Below are positions 25,800 to 28,500 of a DNA stretch of 28,500 nucleotides, piece by piece. The notes below the pieces were generated by a model, which was not told where the DNA came from, ran no database searches, and saw only the letters and a program-made list of their open reading frames with translations. Where the stretch lies: positions 1 through 28,500 of the forward strand of contig CACZPX010000271.1 of assembly GCA_902783095.1 (NCBI GenBank), written 5' to 3'. How positions within the stretch are numbered: position 1 is the stretch's first letter; every line of letters starts with the position of its first letter. The position numbers and the translations under genes are program-made. This stretch comes from an uncultured Lachnospiraceae bacterium. Its GTDB lineage: Bacteria > Bacillota > Clostridia > Lachnospirales > Lachnospiraceae.

Positions 25800-27473
25800 A
25801 TGGCTGCCTATTCCATCACCGAAAAATGCATCGGCTGCACGCTCTGCGCCAGAAACTGCCCGGTCAGGGCCATTTCCGGCAGGTTAAAGGAGCGGCACGC
25901 GATCGATGCGGATCTGTGCATCTCGTGCGGCCTGTGCGGCAGGCTCTGCGCGCAGGGCGCCGTGCTGGATGATACGGGACGGCCGGCGGCGCGCGTTCCG
26001 AAGGCAGACTGGAAAAAGCCCGTGATCGACACGGACCTGTGCGCGGGCTGCAGCGTCTGCGTGGACAACTGCCCCGGGCACTGCCTGGAGATCACCGCGC
26101 CGCAGTTTCACGGCGACATCCGCACCGTGGCGGGGCTGGCACGTCCGGACGCCTGCATCGGCTGCGGCATCTGCGGCACGGTCTGCCCCGTTGGCGCGAT
26201 CACCATGCAAAAAGGCGGTCAGAAAGCGGCCGCTGCAAATACAGTAAAAAAAGGGGGAAATCCTGTGGCAAACGTCTTCTACAAAGCATATTGCCGGACC
26301 TTCCAGGCCGGCATGAAAGTCGGCAACTACTTCCTTGGCTACCGCACGCCCAAGTATATGGAGGGACCGGGCAGCATCAAAAAACTGCCGGCGGCCCTGA
26401 AAAAACGCGGCGTGGACCACGTGCTGGTGGTCACCGACGCCAACCTGTTAAAGCTGGGGCTTTTAAACGGCATGCTTGCGGCCCTGGACGAGAACGGCTT
26501 TGACTACACGCTGTTCTGCGACATCGCGCCCAATCCCACCAGCACCAACGTGGAGGACGGCTTTGCGGTCTACCGCGAACACGGCTGCCAGGCGCTGATC
26601 GCCTTCGGCGGCGGCGCCCCGATGGACTGCGCCAAGGGCATCGCGGCCAAGGCCGTGCATCCCAAAAAGACCGTGGCGCAGCTGCAGGGCATCCTCAAGG
26701 TGCACAGGCGCATCCCGCTCTTCTTTGCCGTTCCCACCACCTCCGGCACCGGTTCGGAGACCACGGTGGCCGCGGTGCTCACGGACGCGGAGACGCACCA
26801 CAAGGCGTCCATCATGGACCCGTGCATCATTCCCAAATACGCCGTGCTGGATCCGGAGCTGACCATGGGCCTGCCGCCCTTCGTCACGGCGACCACCGGT
26901 CTGGACGCGCTCTGCCATGCGGTGGAGGCCTACACCAACCACACCTACAACACCCGCTTGGAAAACAAGCTGGCCAAGGCTGCCGTGCAGCTGATCCATC
27001 ACAGCCTGCTGGCGGCCTACCGCGACGGTTCGGACCTGAAGGCCCGCCAGAACATGCAGCGCGCCGCCTTCTTTGCCGGCCGCGCCTTTACCCGCGGCTG
27101 CGTGGGCTACGTGCACGCGGTGGGCCACACGCTGGGCGGCCTGTACGGCGTGCCGCACGGTCTGGCCATGAGCGTGATCTTGCCGCACGTGCTGCGGCAG
27201 TTCGGCTCCGCCGTGTACAAGCGGCTGGCGGAGCTGGCGGACGAGATCGATCTGCCGGGTGAGACCGATCAGGAAAAGGCGCTGGCCTTTATCGAGTGGA
27301 TCGAACAGCTGCAGCGCGAGATGAATATCCCGGCCGGCTTCGACTGCATCAAAGACGAGGACATTCCGCAGATCGTGGAATGGGCCAAAAAAGAGGCCAA
27401 CCCGCTGTATCCCGTGCCCGTGATCTGGGACGAGGAGGATCTGCGCGCCCTGATCAGCAAGATCCGCCTGTAA
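25800..27473 (+). CDS. Polyferredoxin (4 x CxxCxxCxxxC) fused to iron-containing alcohol dehydrogenase
   Basis: Four Fe-S motifs in the first ~135 aa; ADH motifs FGGGAPMD, PTTSGTGSE, GLDALCHAVE, HAVGH, PHG. Confidence 0.88.
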   Translation: MAAYSITEKCIGCTLCARNCPVRAISGRLKERHAIDADLCISCGLCGRLCAQGAVLDDTGRPAARVPKADWKKPVIDTDLCAGCSVCVDNCPGHCLEITAPQFHGDIRTVAGLARPDACIGCGICGTVCPVGAITMQKGGQKAAAANTVKKGGNPVANVFYKAYCRTFQAGMKVGNYFLGYRTPKYMEGPGSIKKLPAALKKRGVDHVLVVTDANLLKLGLLNGMLAALDENGFDYTLFCDIAPNPTSTNVEDGFAVYREHGCQALIAFGGGAPMDCAKGIAAKAVHPKKTVAQLQGILKVHRRIPLFFAVPTTSGTGSETTVAAVLTDAETHHKASIMDPCIIPKYAVLDPELTMGLPPFVTATTGLDALCHAVEAYTNHTYNTRLENKLAKAAVQLIHHSLLAAYRDGSDLKARQNMQRAAFFAGRAFTRGCVGYVHAVGHTLGGLYGVPHGLAMSVILPHVLRQFGSAVYKRLAELADEIDLPGETDQEKALAFIEWIEQLQREMNIPAGFDCIKDEDIPQIVEWAKKEANPLYPVPVIWDEEDLRALISKIRL

Positions 27474-27480
27474 TGACACC

Positions 27481-27558
27481 CGGGGACGGTTCTTGAGGTC
27501 CAACTGGCACTTCAGAACCGTCCCCGAGATTCGCTGGCACTGCAGAACCGTCCCCGAG
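27481..27558. repeat. REP-like cluster 4 (forward, inverted, inverted; core GGGGACGGTTCT)
   Basis: CGGGGACGGTTCT at 27481; AGAACCGTCCCCG at 27514 and 27544 (30-bp period). Confidence 0.8.
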
Positions 27559-27560
27559 GT

Positions 27561-28500
27561 TCAGGTAGGCAGGGTAAAGGAGAAGCGTACGGCGTCTCCC
27601 GTCTGTTTTGCGGCGACGGTGCCGCCGTGCAGCTCAATGATATTCTTCGCGATGGCGAGTCCCAGGCCGGTCCCCCGTTCGGACCGCGCCTTGTCCGCGC
27701 GGTAAAACGTATCCCATACGCGTTCAAGCTCCTCCGCAGTGAGGGGCTTTTCTGTTTCGTTCGCAATGACAAACGAGACCCTGCTCTGATCCGGCGCGCC
27801 TTGTCTGGCGTCACGTCTCCATACCGCGCGCGCATCTCCGTAACCGGCCGCGATCCGCACCGTGCTCCCCTCTTTGGCATACCGCACCGCGTTGCTGCAG
27901 AAGTTTTCGATCACCTGGGCAAGGCGCGCTTCGTCTGCCGTCACGGGCAGGCTCTCCGGCAGCTGCGTTTCAAACGTCAGCCCGCGCGCGGCCGCCAGCG
28001 GCCGCAGCCGCTCCAGCGTATCCGCCGTCAGCGCCGCAAGATCCGTCTCCGCGCGGGAGAGCTTTACGCGGCCCGCCTCCAGCCGCGACAGGTCCAGCAT
28101 CTCCAGCACCATCGCGTCCATGCGCTCCGTCTCCGACAGGATCGTCTGCAGATAGGCCGCCTTCTTGTCTTCGGCGATATTCTCCTGCAGCCCCTCCGCG
28201 TAACCGTGCACCACGGCCAGCGGCGTCTTTAATTCGTGCGCAATGGCGGACACCTGCGCCCTGCGCCGGTCTTCCGCCTCCCTTACGTAGGTCAGGGCGG
28301 TTTTCAGGCGGGTGATCTCGTCCCGGCTGCGTGCCCGGGCCTCTCTTTCCTCCTGATAACGGTCATAATAATACTGCGGCTCCTGCCAGAAACGCTCCCG
28401 CTGTTCCGGCGAAAAGATGTTGGCCCAGTCCGCGTCGATCCCCTGCTCCAGCTTTTCCAGCGGCTGCAGCAGGCGTTTGCCCAGGCGCCTGCAGATCCCC
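27561..28500 (-). CDS. Two-component sensor histidine kinase (HisKA plus HATPase_c), 5' part outside window
   Basis: Frame stays open to the window edge; H-box AHELKTPL, N-box NFCSNAVRY, F-box WDTFYR, G2 GTGLGLAI. Confidence 0.92.
   Translation of the reverse strand, partial: GICRRLGKRLLQPLEKLEQGIDADWANIFSPEQRERFWQEPQYYYDRYQEEREARARSRDEITRLKTALTYVREAEDRRRAQVSAIAHELKTPLAVVHGYAEGLQENIAEDKKAAYLQTILSETERMDAMVLEMLDLSRLEAGRVKLSRAETDLAALTADTLERLRPLAAARGLTFETQLPESLPVTADEARLAQVIENFCSNAVRYAKEGSTVRIAAGYGDARAVWRRDARQGAPDQSRVSFVIANETEKPLTAEELERVWDTFYRADKARSERGTGLGLAIAKNIIELHGGTVAAKQTGDAVRFSFTLPT

Noticed and set aside
26245-26260. A7G5 run as a programmed -1 frameshift site in the Fd::ADH linker
   Set aside because: The -1 frame runs on to 26503 without a recognisable product and no downstream stimulatory structure is evident; better explained as the SD region.
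145-27503. Long opposite-strand ORFs (e.g. 145-1287, 2867-4159, 5138-6835, 14401-15780, 17752-19074, 26463-27503)
   Set aside because: Antisense shadows of GC3-rich real genes; no motifs or SDs, and they overlap well-supported CDSs.

Overview
GC-rich Clostridia-like (Bacillota) chromosomal window, mostly housekeeping and metabolic genes, with no transposase, integrase, phage genes or CRISPR array seen. Minus strand, left half: amino-acid ABC transporter (permease partial plus lipoprotein SBP), a TrxB-like flavoprotein lacking the NADPH motif, L-cysteine desulfidase, a 276-aa hypothetical with an ABBA-prenyltransferase-like pattern coupled to an NPCBM-like lipoprotein, a C-terminally truncated LRR/Ig surface protein, TPR protein-cvpA, the ffs(SRP)-dnaX-ybaB-recR locus and patB. 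Right half: DUF3881, zinc-ribbon/BI-1 protein, bicupin, GH2, a Trp T-box controlling a lone trpB2, an aor-moaD-(polyferredoxin::Fe-ADH) operon and a partial histidine kinase. The most interesting signals are absent from the ORF track: a probable type I toxin-antitoxin locus (35-aa holin-like toxin plus convergent sRNA) lying inside an inverted pair of REP-like repeat clusters (core GGGGACGGTYCT, 10 copies at 4 loci), and a Trp-codon uORF behind the T-box. Family assignments come from motif recognition by eye; no database searches were run.
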